Part shown: piece by piece, positions 19,673 to 29,008 of the stretch | How positions within the stretch are numbered: the stretch's first letter is position 1 | Layout: each line of letters begins with the position of its first letter | Origin: an uncultured Gammaproteobacteria bacterium | GTDB taxonomy: Bacteria > Pseudomonadota > Gammaproteobacteria > Ga0077536 | DNA length: 64,000 nt | Reading direction: 5' to 3' | Assembly (NCBI GenBank): GCA_938082545.1 | Contig: CALKCL010000004.1 | Location: 3,687-67,686 of the forward strand | Notes under the pieces: generated by a model | Told to the model about the DNA's origin: nothing | The model's database searches: none | The model's input: only the letters and a program-made list of their open reading frames with translations | Program-made: the position numbers and the translations under genes

Positions 19673-20932
19673 CTAAGTCGATTTGATACAACAACGTTTA
19701 ACTTCCTCACTGACAATTTTAATTCCGGCCTCTAAGGCTTCATCACTTTGAGCAAAGGATACTCTAATGCATTCTTTTGGGTGTTCCCATGAACAGTTTG
19801 TCTCATGAAAGAAAAAGCTCCCCGGGATAATTAAAACTCCTCTATCTTTTAGTCTTTTGTAAAGTGTCTGATCCGAGATAGGTAAGCCAGGAAACCAAAG
19901 CCAGAGGAAAAAGGCCCCCTCAGAGACATGTACCCTATAGTCAATACCTGACAAATGTTTACGGAAAATTTCTATCGCAAGTATTGATTTCTCCGCATAA
20001 AATGGCCGAACAACTTCGTTACATAATCTAATAATTTCATTTGAAACCATTAACCTAGCGATCAGTGCCGCCCCAACGCCATTGATAGATAAACATGTTG
20101 CCGCATTAATACTTTTGATCGCCTTAATAGTTTCAGGCTGCGCCACTACAATACCCGTTCGTAATCCAGCCAGACCTATTTTCGATAGACTAAAACAATG
20201 GATCACATGATTTGCTCTGGGTATTTTGATTTCGTCTAAAACAATGTTTGGAAAAGGGGCTCCGTAAGCATTGTCGATTATAAGTGGAGTTCCCTCTTGG
20301 CCCGTTAGGCTAACCAATTGGTTTACTTCTGCGTCCGACAGCACATTTCCAGTAGGGTTTGTAGGCCTACTAAAACAAACAGCCCCGGCATTAGAACGAA
20401 CATGAAACAAATCGAAATCTATTTCGTACTTGAATAAATTTGAACCTACTTCGCGTATTTTCGCCCGGTCTGATACCAGGCAATCTGGACTTATTAGCAA
20501 ATCCCCATACCCGATGTATTCCGGAGTCAAAGGCAGCTGTATTACCCGCTCTACGCCATCCACACACATACCGCCGAACAAATTAAAAAGCATAAAGAAG
20601 CTAGATTGACTCCCGGTTGTAATTGCTATATTTTCGGTCGTCAAATCCCAACCTAAGTTTCGAGATAAGAATTCACAGACAATTTCTAAGAAACTTTCAT
20701 TACCTTGAGGGCTATCATAAGACCCGATGATCTCCTCGAACTGCCTGTCGGCTAAGACTTCACACATTGCCGACCTGAAAACCGACTCCATTTTGGGAAT
20801 ACGAGCCGGATTCCCCCCGCCAAGATTAATGAAATTGTTACTCCCAGCGACTTGAGCGAGATCATCCATCAACAGTTTAGTCCCGCTCTCCCCCAAGAAT
20901 CTAGAACCAAACCGAGAAATTTTTTTATTCAT
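19673..20932 (-). CDS. avtA: valine--pyruvate aminotransferase
   Basis: Colinear with E. coli AvtA (LGGGNPA.IP, GSQSSFF.LFNLF, SRPTNPTGNV, IDNAYG.PFP, SLSK.GL.G, FLWLWF..LPI). Confidence 0.85.
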   Translation of the reverse strand: MNKKISRFGSRFLGESGTKLLMDDLAQVAGSNNFINLGGGNPARIPKMESVFRSAMCEVLADRQFEEIIGSYDSPQGNESFLEIVCEFLSRNLGWDLTTENIAITTGSQSSFFMLFNLFGGMCVDGVERVIQLPLTPEYIGYGDLLISPDCLVSDRAKIREVGSNLFKYEIDFDLFHVRSNAGAVCFSRPTNPTGNVLSDAEVNQLVSLTGQEGTPLIIDNAYGAPFPNIVLDEIKIPRANHVIHCFSLSKIGLAGLRTGIVVAQPETIKAIKSINAATCLSINGVGAALIARLMVSNEIIRLCNEVVRPFYAEKSILAIEIFRKHLSGIDYRVHVSEGAFFLWLWFPGLPISDQTLYKRLKDRGVLIIPGSFFFHETNCSWEHPKECIRVSFAQSDEALEAGIKIVSEEVKRCCIKST

Positions 20933-20980
20933 GATGCCCCTATATTGCGAAAATCTTTCTTCGCAGAAATACTTTCAGGT

Positions 20981-21011
20981 AAAAAAAAAGCCTCTGGAAA
21001 CCAGAGGCTTT
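20981..21011 (-). terminator. Rho-independent terminator
   Basis: The minus strand reads AAAGCCTCTGG-TTT-CCAGAGGCTTT followed by T9. It lies 20 nt downstream of the stop of the 21031-21255 gene. Confidence 0.8.
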
Positions 21012-21030
21012 AAACCGAACAAGTCGGGTA

Positions 21031-21255
21031 CTAAGAATTTTTATTGATCAAATAGATGATTATTCCCACAGCAATCAAACCAACAAGTCCACCTTCTCCA
21101 AGTGTTGTTATTATAGCTAATAGGTTACCTACCACGTCTCCGCCCAGAAAAGGCAGGGCCGCACCAAAAATAACTTGAAGTATGACCGCAACAGCAATCA
21201 ACAACAGCCCAATCTCGACTACTTCACGTAGGAATCTTTTTGCAGTATCTAACAT
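21031..21255 (-). CDS. small two-TM membrane protein (74 aa), function unknown
   Basis: Start set to ATG 21255, preceded by GGGGGGAGA. Two hydrophobic helices. Followed by a strong terminator. Confidence 0.5.
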   Translation of the reverse strand: MLDTAKRFLREVVEIGLLLIAVAVILQVIFGAALPFLGGDVVGNLLAIITTLGEGGLVGLIAVGIIIYLINKNS

Positions 21256-21481
21256 TGAATATTCTCCCCCCTTTTTTAAAGGGTTATAGTAGATGTTGTA
21301 GGTTATAGTCAGGTGAGGCACAATATCTAGTGTGCATCCCAGGCTACTCTTTTACTTAACTCCCTTTCAAACATTTAAAATGATACGCTACTAAGAGATA
21401 CACATCAAATAGATATAAAACATTATTTTCTCCTCTAACCCACTGATTAACAATGCTATTATTATTTTTTGAAGGAAAAGA

Positions 21482-21820
21482 ATGAATGCTCTAAGAACAA
21501 TAACTCAAAATTCTACCGATTTTGGCGTTTTAAGATTAGCTCTCATCAGTCTCTGTCTGGTGTTAATCGGACTCTCCTTTCTTGCTGATGGGATCACCTA
21601 CATGCATGATTGGCGACTAATTCCATCTGTACTGGCACCATCAATAGTGATGATGCTAGTGTTCGCCGTCCCTTTAGACATCACTATGGCCTTTGTCTTC
21701 AGATCAGATAGTAACGAATCAGAGAAACCAAGGTTTAATAAAATAATCAGAACTGAGTTAATTGTGTACTGTTTACTCTTAGCTTGTTGGACCCCATTTT
21801 TCTTGAAAATACTGTCCTGA
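21482..21820 (+). CDS. hypothetical membrane protein (112 aa)
   Basis: Three predicted hydrophobic segments. No recognisable motif. Confidence 0.4.
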   Translation: MNALRTITQNSTDFGVLRLALISLCLVLIGLSFLADGITYMHDWRLIPSVLAPSIVMMLVFAVPLDITMAFVFRSDSNESEKPRFNKIIRTELIVYCLLLACWTPFFLKILS

Positions 21821-21883
21821 AATACTTGCTGGTTACTAAGAAAAGCAAGAAGAATTAAAACTTCATTTAGAAGGCAGAGCGAA

Positions 21884-22333
21884 ATGATTCAGTTACAACC
21901 TATAGGGCTCTGTCACACTTCTGTACCTAACGCAGAAGTGCCTGCCCAGAGAAAAACTATAATCTCTACTCTGGAAATCTTTAACCAATTTAAAGCGGGC
22001 TTATCCGGCATCGACCAATATTCTCACCTCATAGTTTTATTTTGGATGCATGAGGTAACTTTACCTACACAGCTTTCCAGCTATCCTAGAGGTGACAATA
22101 GTCTTCCATTAACTGGTGCCCTAGCAATGCGAGGCCGCAATCACCCGAACCCGATAGGCCTCGCGGTAGTTGAACTCTTAGAACTCTCTACCGCCGGACT
22201 TATCGTTCAGAAACTCGACGCCTACGACAAGTCTCCTATTCTGGACATCAAACCTTATGATGACTACGACGCTGTTAGCAATCCAAAAGTCCCTGACTGG
22301 TTTGCGAAACGTGCTCGGAAAACAATGCTGTAG
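21884..22333 (+). CDS. trmO: TsaA/TrmO-like SAM-dependent tRNA methyltransferase
   Basis: IGLCHTS...YSHLIVLFWMH...RGRNHPNPIGLAVVELL...LDAYDKSPILDIKPY matches the UPF0066/TrmO pattern. Confidence 0.7.
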   Translation: MIQLQPIGLCHTSVPNAEVPAQRKTIISTLEIFNQFKAGLSGIDQYSHLIVLFWMHEVTLPTQLSSYPRGDNSLPLTGALAMRGRNHPNPIGLAVVELLELSTAGLIVQKLDAYDKSPILDIKPYDDYDAVSNPKVPDWFAKRARKTML

Positions 22334-22339
22334 CAGCTA

Positions 22340-22846
22340 TCAGTTAGTTTTCAGCCGCGCACACATGGCGCTTCCTGAACGTTCATAGGGATATTTGTAT
22401 GTCATGGCCGTACCTTCATGGCCATTCTTACTGATAATGATGCGGTCTCCGACAACAATATTATAGGAATTCTTAGCTCCTGATGTTACTTCAAGCGCAT
22501 ACCTGACCGGTATTTCAGATTTTAACAACGCCGATGAGAATGGCAGAGCGTTCTCGATAATATGCTCGATGATCAAATCTTCACTAACAAAAAAAATATC
22601 TAGCGACATCGGGGTATTTTTCATCCACATCGAGACCACCTTCGTGTCGGAGAAGTCAAACCACATCCCATGACACTCAGCCAGCGATTCCCGAAACATC
22701 AAGCCTCGCGCTCTAGTCGATTGATCATTTGCTAGCTCAACATAGAACTTCGCTTTATTTTCCACCATCAAAGTGCGCATCTCTCTGCAAGATACCTCTA
22801 TCGGTATACCAAGAATCAATAGGAGCACTAAGAAAAGTATTTTCAA
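22340..22846 (-). CDS. DUF192-domain secreted protein
   Basis: Signal peptide, then A...R.RGLMFR...GMWF...MWMKNT..SLDIFF. The TTG start overlaps the phrB stop (TTGA). Confidence 0.65.
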   Translation of the reverse strand: MKILFLVLLLILGIPIEVSCREMRTLMVENKAKFYVELANDQSTRARGLMFRESLAECHGMWFDFSDTKVVSMWMKNTPMSLDIFFVSEDLIIEHIIENALPFSSALLKSEIPVRYALEVTSGAKNSYNIVVGDRIIISKNGHEGTAMTYKYPYERSGSAMCARLKTN

Positions 22847-24246
22847 CGCTTTGATCTAGCATAGCGAGCCAGTGCGGCTGAACGGCCAGCAGAAAGTTCC
22901 ACTATTGGCTGGATATAACCTTCATTCCTCGGCTCATGAATCGTTTTGCTAGTCAAATGTCTTAATTCTGGAATCCATCGTTTTATATATAGCCCATCAG
23001 GGTCAAACTTTTTACTTTGTGTTACAGGATTAAAAATCCGGAAATAAGGTGCCGCATCTGCTCCACAGCCAGCCGACCACTGCCATCCGAATGTGTTACT
23101 TGCAAGATCTGCGTCGACCAAAGTATTCCAAAACCACTCAGCCCCTTTGAGCCAATGCACTCCCAAATGTTTGCAAAGAAAGGACGCAGCAAGCATTCTT
23201 ACTCGATTGTGCATAAACCCTGTAGCCCACAACTCTCTCATTCCAGCATCAATTATAGGAAAACCTGTCTTTCCTTGAGTCCACGACCTGAAACCATCCT
23301 CATCGTCTAGCCAAAGGTAATCGTTACTCTCGCCGCGAAGAGGCTTTTCAGAAGTATACGGAAAGTGAAATAAAACACTATAGGCAAAATCTCTCCAGAA
23401 AAGCTGCCGACCCCATGCCTCAGCGCTAGCTGCTAGTTGAGGCACCAATTCTACCGCACACTGAATCTCATACCAAACTCGGTGGACACTGATTTCTCCA
23501 AATCTTAGATGAGGAGACAAAAACGAGATATGGCCGCGTCCCGGGAAATCTCTGCCTTCAGAATATTGCTGAAGAGTCCCAGAAATAAATGTATCTAACT
23601 TTTTTAGCGCAGAACGCTCTCCTATAGACCATTGCTTTACCAAAGCCTTCTGCCACTGTAACTGTGCTTGCGGGAGAATACTTTCAAGCGAATCGCCCAA
23701 ACCTGAAGATGAGGGCGACATAATCCGATCAGGCGGTGAAGACACGGAAATATCGAGGCCTACATTCAGGCACATCTTGTAGAAAGGCGTGAAAACCTTA
23801 TAAGGAGTTCCTCCCCCACTTTTCAATGTTGTGGGTTCCGATAGGAGCCGACCCTTAAAGCTTTTAATATCACATCTACTTTTCAAATTCGAAAATATTG
23901 CTTTATCTGCCGATACGCCAATTGGATCGTAGCGGCGGTTCCAATATATCGAGTGCGCATTTGTCTTCTCAATTAAAAGCTGCAGAAGTGTGTTGGGTTC
24001 ACCCTTCAAGCACACAAGATAGCTACCTCGTGCTTCTAGGTCACTGCTGAGCTGTCGGAGCGTTGCACCTAACCAAAGCTTAGATGCTTCGCCGTATGAC
24101 CAGCGATTTTTCGGCTCTAAAATAAAAACAGGGACAATTACTTGAACAGTTTTCACTGCTGCATCAAAAGCCGGATTATCTCGTAGCCGAAAATCATCTC
24201 TGAACCAGACAATAATCGGTTGTTCGCTCTCTATACTATGACTCAC
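22843..24246 (-). CDS. phrB: deoxyribodipyrimidine photo-lyase (class I CPD type)
   Basis: WFRDDFRLRDNPA at the N-terminus. The FAD-binding C-terminus TGFPIIDAGMRELWATGFMHNRVRM...GWQWSAGCGADAAPYFRIFNP is colinear with E. coli Phr. Confidence 0.9.
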   Translation of the reverse strand: MSHSIESEQPIIVWFRDDFRLRDNPAFDAAVKTVQVIVPVFILEPKNRWSYGEASKLWLGATLRQLSSDLEARGSYLVCLKGEPNTLLQLLIEKTNAHSIYWNRRYDPIGVSADKAIFSNLKSRCDIKSFKGRLLSEPTTLKSGGGTPYKVFTPFYKMCLNVGLDISVSSPPDRIMSPSSSGLGDSLESILPQAQLQWQKALVKQWSIGERSALKKLDTFISGTLQQYSEGRDFPGRGHISFLSPHLRFGEISVHRVWYEIQCAVELVPQLAASAEAWGRQLFWRDFAYSVLFHFPYTSEKPLRGESNDYLWLDDEDGFRSWTQGKTGFPIIDAGMRELWATGFMHNRVRMLAASFLCKHLGVHWLKGAEWFWNTLVDADLASNTFGWQWSAGCGADAAPYFRIFNPVTQSKKFDPDGLYIKRWIPELRHLTSKTIHEPRNEGYIQPIVELSAGRSAALARYARSKR

Positions 24247-24282
24247 CTAAGTCCCTTTTAGTAATGTGTAAGACCTCTGAAA

Positions 24283-25170
24283 TCAAGCTTGCTCACCAGT
24301 AAATAAATCCAGCAATCCTTCTTCGTAGTTGCCATATCGTGGCTTGCAAGAAATAGCGTCCCATGAGCTTGAAGGGTCACAACGTTTAGAACCTTTCGAT
24401 CCTGTTAACGACTTTTTGAAACTAGGCGGCTTGCATCCTCCAAGTTGTTTCGCAATAAATTGGTAGTACTGCCGTCTTTCAACCGGGCATCCATCGCTAA
24501 ACAAACTCAATAGCCTCAGATCCTTTAGATTCATTACCGAATGGATGGCATTCGCAGCATCCTCAATCCTCAGAAGATTAAGATAGCTCTCACCACTTCC
24601 ATCAAGTACCTGTCCAGCAAGAACACTCGCTTTCCCGACAACTCTGTTTGGACCATATAGCCCTGCTAAACGGACGATAGCGACTGTTGAAAAAAAACTA
24701 ACCCAAGCCTGCTCAATTTGCACTACGCGAGCAGCTCTTTCTGTAGAAATATCTACCTCGCTTTCCGGGTTAACCAGTCCTTCCCGTTGTGTTCCATAAA
24801 CAGATGAACTAGAAACGACCACAATACGTCTTACCATAAGAGAGCTCAGCAAGCTGAATAATGGTTCTAGGGCCCGTGCAGGCTCATTAGAGGAAAATGT
24901 CGAGGGTGGCAGCATGAAGTAAACGTCCATCAAGGTGTTGTCCAAGATGGCAGAAAGTTTATCCAGCTTTTTTTCATTAAAAATATCGCACTCAAGACTT
25001 CTGAATCCTCCTACTGCTGGAGTGGAACTTTGACTTTTTAAGCGACGGCTAATGCCGTACGACAGTTCGGTCTTCAACAAGGGGGCAAGATGACTGCTTA
25101 AATAACCATTGCCTATAACTAGAGACAATGCTCTTTTATTAATTGCATTAGACATAAGACTCACAAGCAT
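24283..25170 (-). CDS. NAD(P)-binding epimerase/dehydratase-like (atypical SDR) protein
   Basis: N-terminal VIGNGYLSSHL Rossmann-like turn. About 290 aa. Sits 36 nt upstream of phrB. The start could instead be the internal Met at 25155. Confidence 0.5.
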   Translation of the reverse strand: MLVSLMSNAINKRALSLVIGNGYLSSHLAPLLKTELSYGISRRLKSQSSTPAVGGFRSLECDIFNEKKLDKLSAILDNTLMDVYFMLPPSTFSSNEPARALEPLFSLLSSLMVRRIVVVSSSSVYGTQREGLVNPESEVDISTERAARVVQIEQAWVSFFSTVAIVRLAGLYGPNRVVGKASVLAGQVLDGSGESYLNLLRIEDAANAIHSVMNLKDLRLLSLFSDGCPVERRQYYQFIAKQLGGCKPPSFKKSLTGSKGSKRCDPSSSWDAISCKPRYGNYEEGLLDLFTGEQA

Positions 25171-25333
25171 TAACTTTTAATTTAGGAATAAAACGACTCA
25201 CAATAACGGCTATTGGAGGCTGATATAGGACATTTATCCTTTTAGTTACACGATAGATTGTACAACTACATCGTTTCTAATAAAATCTTACCCTTCAATC
25301 AGCCCGTAACGTCTCGAAAATGGAGCAAATATA

Positions 25334-26629
25334 GTGTCTGACTTCTTTAAAGTACCCGCAGAAGGTTCGAAAATATCCATAGAAAATAATGTCCTTAATG
25401 TCCCTGAAAACCCTATTATCCCTTTTATCGAAGGAGATGGGATAGGTGTTGATGTCTGGCCTGCAGCGAGTCGTGTGCTTGACGCGGCAGTTCAGAAAGC
25501 CTACGGCGGAAGTCGCAAAATTCATTGGATGGAAGTCTTAGCTGGAGAAAAGGCCAATAATGAAACTGGCTCATGGTTGCCAGATAAAACCTTAGATGCC
25601 TGCAGAGAATTTCTAATAGCTATAAAAGGCCCGCTTACTACCCCAATCGGTGGTGGGATCAGCTCTCTCAACGTTGCTCTTCGCCAGATACTAGACCTTT
25701 ATGTTTGTGTGCGTCCAGTTAGATGGTTCGATGGTGTCCCATCACCGGTGAAACACCCTGAAGCAGTAAACATGGTTATTTTTCGCGAGAACACCGAAGA
25801 CATATATGCAGGCATCGAATTCGAAAGCGGGAGTCCCGAGAATATAAAGTTCCTGGAGCTGATGAAAAGTAATTTTCCAGATTTGTATAAAAAAATTCGC
25901 TTCCCTAACACGTCTGGAATAGGCATTAAACCTGTATCCCAAGAAGGTACCGAAAGACTTGTCAAGGCTGCGATTAAGTATGCTAAAGCCAACAAACGAG
26001 AAAGCCTAACCTTTGTCCACAAAGGTAATATCATGAAATACACAGAAGGCGCTTTCCGAAACTGGGGCTATCATTTAGCAGAAACTGAATTTGCAGAAGA
26101 TACCTATACGTGGGATCAGTACGATCGAACTGCCGCGTCACATGGAAAAGAAGCCGCCGACAATGAACAAGAGAAAGCGCTAGCTTCTGGGAAAATTCTA
26201 GTCAAAGATGCAATTGCTGATATAACCCTGCAACAAGTACTTACACGGCCAGCAGAGTTTGATGTAATAGCTACTATGAATCTTAATGGAGACTATTTGT
26301 CCGATGCATTAGCTGCACAAGTCGGCGGCATTGGTATCGCGCCCGGAGGCAATATTAATTACGACACCGGTCATGCGATTTTTGAAGCCACCCACGGTAC
26401 TGCTCCAAAATATGCCGGACAAGATAAAGTCAACCCCGGTTCTCTTCTTTTGTCAGGTGAAATGATGCTTCGCTATATGGGATGGAGCGAAGCTGCAGAC
26501 CTTGTTATCACGGCTATGGATAAAACAATTACTCAGAAAATAGTAACCTACGATTTCGCACGAATGATGGATGGAGCTACCGAAGTAAAATGTAGCGAGT
26601 TCGCTAGTGCATTGATCAAGAATTTGTAG
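25334..26629 (+). CDS. icd: NADP-dependent isocitrate dehydrogenase (E. coli type)
   Basis: [33 protein letters not shown] (contains the Ser equivalent to the AceK target) and [13 protein letters not shown] start with GGAG upstream. Confidence 0.9.
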   Translation: MSDFFKVPAEGSKISIENNVLNVPENPIIPFIEGDGIGVDVWPAASRVLDAAVQKAYGGSRKIHWMEVLAGEKANNETGSWLPDKTLDACREFLIAIKGPLTTPIGGGISSLNVALRQILDLYVCVRPVRWFDGVPSPVKHPEAVNMVIFRENTEDIYAGIEFESGSPENIKFLELMKSNFPDLYKKIRFPNTSGIGIKPVSQEGTERLVKAAIKYAKANKRESLTFVHKGNIMKYTEGAFRNWGYHLAETEFAEDTYTWDQYDRTAASHGKEAADNEQEKALASGKILVKDAIADITLQQVLTRPAEFDVIATMNLNGDYLSDALAAQVGGIGIAPGGNINYDTGHAIFEATHGTAPKYAGQDKVNPGSLLLSGEMMLRYMGWSEAADLVITAMDKTITQKIVTYDFARMMDGATEVKCSEFASALIKNL

Positions 26630-26644
26630 TCGCGCCATAACAAC

Positions 26645-28390
26645 TTGAAAAAAGCGGAGAACGGGCAAAGCAACCACATCTACCGTTCGTCGGCCAAGTG
26701 GATATATGGCAACTTTGTTGATTATGATAATAATTTTCGTGCCATAACGCGAAAAGCAAAAGTTCGTTTCGAGACTCGTGACTGGACAGGTGCAAGAGCC
26801 GATTTAAGCCAGCGCATAGATCTCTACGAGAAATCAGTTCTAAACACTGTCAATGGGTTCAAAAATAAGCATCAAGATGTACCGCTTGGAATGACTGATT
26901 GGGATTCAATTCAGTCTGTCTATTGGAACCGAGTAGCAGGCGTCCCTCATGGGCAGTTTGCTAAAACATTCTTCAACTCAGTGTATCGAACAGTTCTACA
27001 CAGCGAAGGAAAAGATCCGAAACACATATCGGATACGGCGGGAATAGTCTCGTCTCTCGCACTCATAAAGTATCAACCAAAGCTGAAATATTACTTGAAT
27101 TGGGGCGAAATCAAGGAAATGGTCTACCACCTATTCTCAGATTTTGAATTTGGTGCGTCCTTTATTGACTTAGACGACGATGTTAATTTTGTCTGTCAAA
27201 AAATCGTCAACGCAATTCCAATGGCCAAAGAAAATCAAAATGCTGTGATGAGAATAGAGGTGATGAAAGAAATCTTTTATCAGTCAAGCCGAGCATTTAT
27301 TGTGGGAAAAATATATGGCTCCGAAAATTTTCAGCCGTTCATTATTGCACTCGAACACACTGAATCTGGTATTAAGACAGAAGCCGTATTAAACACCATA
27401 GATGAAACCAGCGTCTTATTTGGATTTACCAGATCCTATTTTATGGTAGATGTGGAACCGGTGGAGAGTGCAGTACATTTTATAACTTCTTTAATTCCAC
27501 AAAAACCAAGAGACGAGCTACATACTATGCTCGGTCGCGCACGCCAAGGGAAAACGGAACGGGCCCGATTACTTTACACGCACTTAGCTGCGTCAGGAAA
27601 AAAAGATAAATTCGAGCACGCTCGAGGGGAGCGTGGTTTAGTCATGCTGGTCTTTACTATGCCCTCTTATGACTTGGTGTTTAAAGTGTTAAGAGACAAT
27701 TTTGGTCATCCTAAAACTGTCACCCATAACGAAGTTAAAAAGAAATACCAATTTGTATACAAGCATGACAGAGCAGGGAGACTCATAGACACGCAAGAAT
27801 TTAGAAACATAGAGTTTCCTCTCAAGCAGTTTTCAAAACAACTTCTAGAAGAACTACTATCTGAATGCGGCGACACTGCACACATATCTGGAGAAAATCT
27901 AGTAATTGGCCATCTTTATTCAGAACGCCGATTAATCCCTCTCAATTTGTTTATAAAAAACATGGACTCTAAAAAAATAGCTGAGACTATTATTGATTAC
28001 GGCCAAGCAATTAAAGATTTGGCTTTGACTAACATTTTCCCGGGCGACCTTCTCATCAAAAACTTTGGCGTCTCGCGCAGAGGACGTGTTATTTTTTATG
28101 ACTATGATGAGCTCTCTCTTTTAACTTCCTGTGTTTTCAAAGACATTCCAGAATCTAAATTCCCTGAAGACGACCTAAGATCCAAGCCGTGGTTTCATGT
28201 AGATAAGGCTGATATTTTTCCACAGGAATTTATAAAATTCATAGGATTGAATGCAAATTTAAGAAACATTCTAGTCGAGGCGCATGGCGAAATTTTCACC
28301 CCGTCCTACTGGAATTCAATGAAACAGCTCCATTTAGACAACCTAGCACCTGAAATCGCTCCTTACTACCGACTGACCTCTCGCCGCTAA
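26645..28390 (+). CDS. aceK: isocitrate dehydrogenase kinase/phosphatase
   Basis: 581 aa and colinear with AceK (N-terminal regulatory region, FRAITRKAKVRFETRDW, FPGDLLIKNFGVSRRGRVIFYDYDE). TTG start 15 nt after icd. Confidence 0.85.
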   Translation: MKKAENGQSNHIYRSSAKWIYGNFVDYDNNFRAITRKAKVRFETRDWTGARADLSQRIDLYEKSVLNTVNGFKNKHQDVPLGMTDWDSIQSVYWNRVAGVPHGQFAKTFFNSVYRTVLHSEGKDPKHISDTAGIVSSLALIKYQPKLKYYLNWGEIKEMVYHLFSDFEFGASFIDLDDDVNFVCQKIVNAIPMAKENQNAVMRIEVMKEIFYQSSRAFIVGKIYGSENFQPFIIALEHTESGIKTEAVLNTIDETSVLFGFTRSYFMVDVEPVESAVHFITSLIPQKPRDELHTMLGRARQGKTERARLLYTHLAASGKKDKFEHARGERGLVMLVFTMPSYDLVFKVLRDNFGHPKTVTHNEVKKKYQFVYKHDRAGRLIDTQEFRNIEFPLKQFSKQLLEELLSECGDTAHISGENLVIGHLYSERRLIPLNLFIKNMDSKKIAETIIDYGQAIKDLALTNIFPGDLLIKNFGVSRRGRVIFYDYDELSLLTSCVFKDIPESKFPEDDLRSKPWFHVDKADIFPQEFIKFIGLNANLRNILVEAHGEIFTPSYWNSMKQLHLDNLAPEIAPYYRLTSRR

Positions 28391-28514
28391 CAGGCCACTA
28401 CCCTTGGGCTCTTCTAGCCGATCCCCCTATTTTCTCCAAATGTAGTTACGAATTATTACTATTTAGCTTACAATCAAGTTGTACGTTAAGAATTAGATGT
28501 ATTGAGGGTGAAAA

Positions 28515-28775
28515 ATGACTCTATCCAAGCTACGCAGGGGAGAATCCGCAGTCATAACGAAATTGGATAATTCCCATCGAGTGTCTGCTAATCTAGCCGC
28601 CAGAGGAATAGTGCCTGGAATTAATCTCGAACTAGTAACAGCTGGAGATCCGTGTGTTATTGGAGTCGACAATGATAAATGGGCGCTTAGCAGATTAGAA
28701 GCATCGCTGATACATGTTTCACCAGCAAAATCAATCCAGAAAAGCCTTTTTGCCAAGTTACTGAGCTGGGGGTGA
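28515..28775 (+). CDS. feoA: FeoA-family protein
   Basis: 86 aa. SH3-like FeoA pattern (LSKLRRGESAVITKL...LAARGIVPG). Confidence 0.7.
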   Translation: MTLSKLRRGESAVITKLDNSHRVSANLAARGIVPGINLELVTAGDPCVIGVDNDKWALSRLEASLIHVSPAKSIQKSLFAKLLSWG

Positions 28776-28999
28776 AGACGACTCTAGCGAAAATGCACGT
28801 AGGACAGACTGGGGAAATCAGCGGCTTTCATGAATCAGACCAAACCGTGGAAAATTTACTTCAAATGGGCCTCACCGAAGGTTCAGCAATTGAAATTTTG
28901 CGGCTAGCCCCGTCTGGAGACCCCATAGAATGTAGGGTCTCAGGTTATTCTCTATCCATGAGGAAAATGGATGCGGAGTTAGTAATCGTCACTATTTAA
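28772..28999 (+). CDS. feoA: FeoA-family protein (second copy)
   Basis: 75 aa. L..M..GQTGEISGF...LLQMGLTEGSAIEI. The GTG start overlaps the previous stop (GTGA). Confidence 0.7.
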   Translation: MKTTLAKMHVGQTGEISGFHESDQTVENLLQMGLTEGSAIEILRLAPSGDPIECRVSGYSLSMRKMDAELVIVTI

Positions 29000-29008
29000 G
29001 ATAGCTAT

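Noticed and set aside
28431-28514. Possible Fur box upstream of feoA (GAATTATTACTATTTAGC and GTTAAGAATTAGATGTATT).
   Set aside because: By hand alignment only about 9-10 of 19 positions match the GATAATGATAATCATTATC consensus. That is indistinguishable from generic AT-rich promoter DNA.
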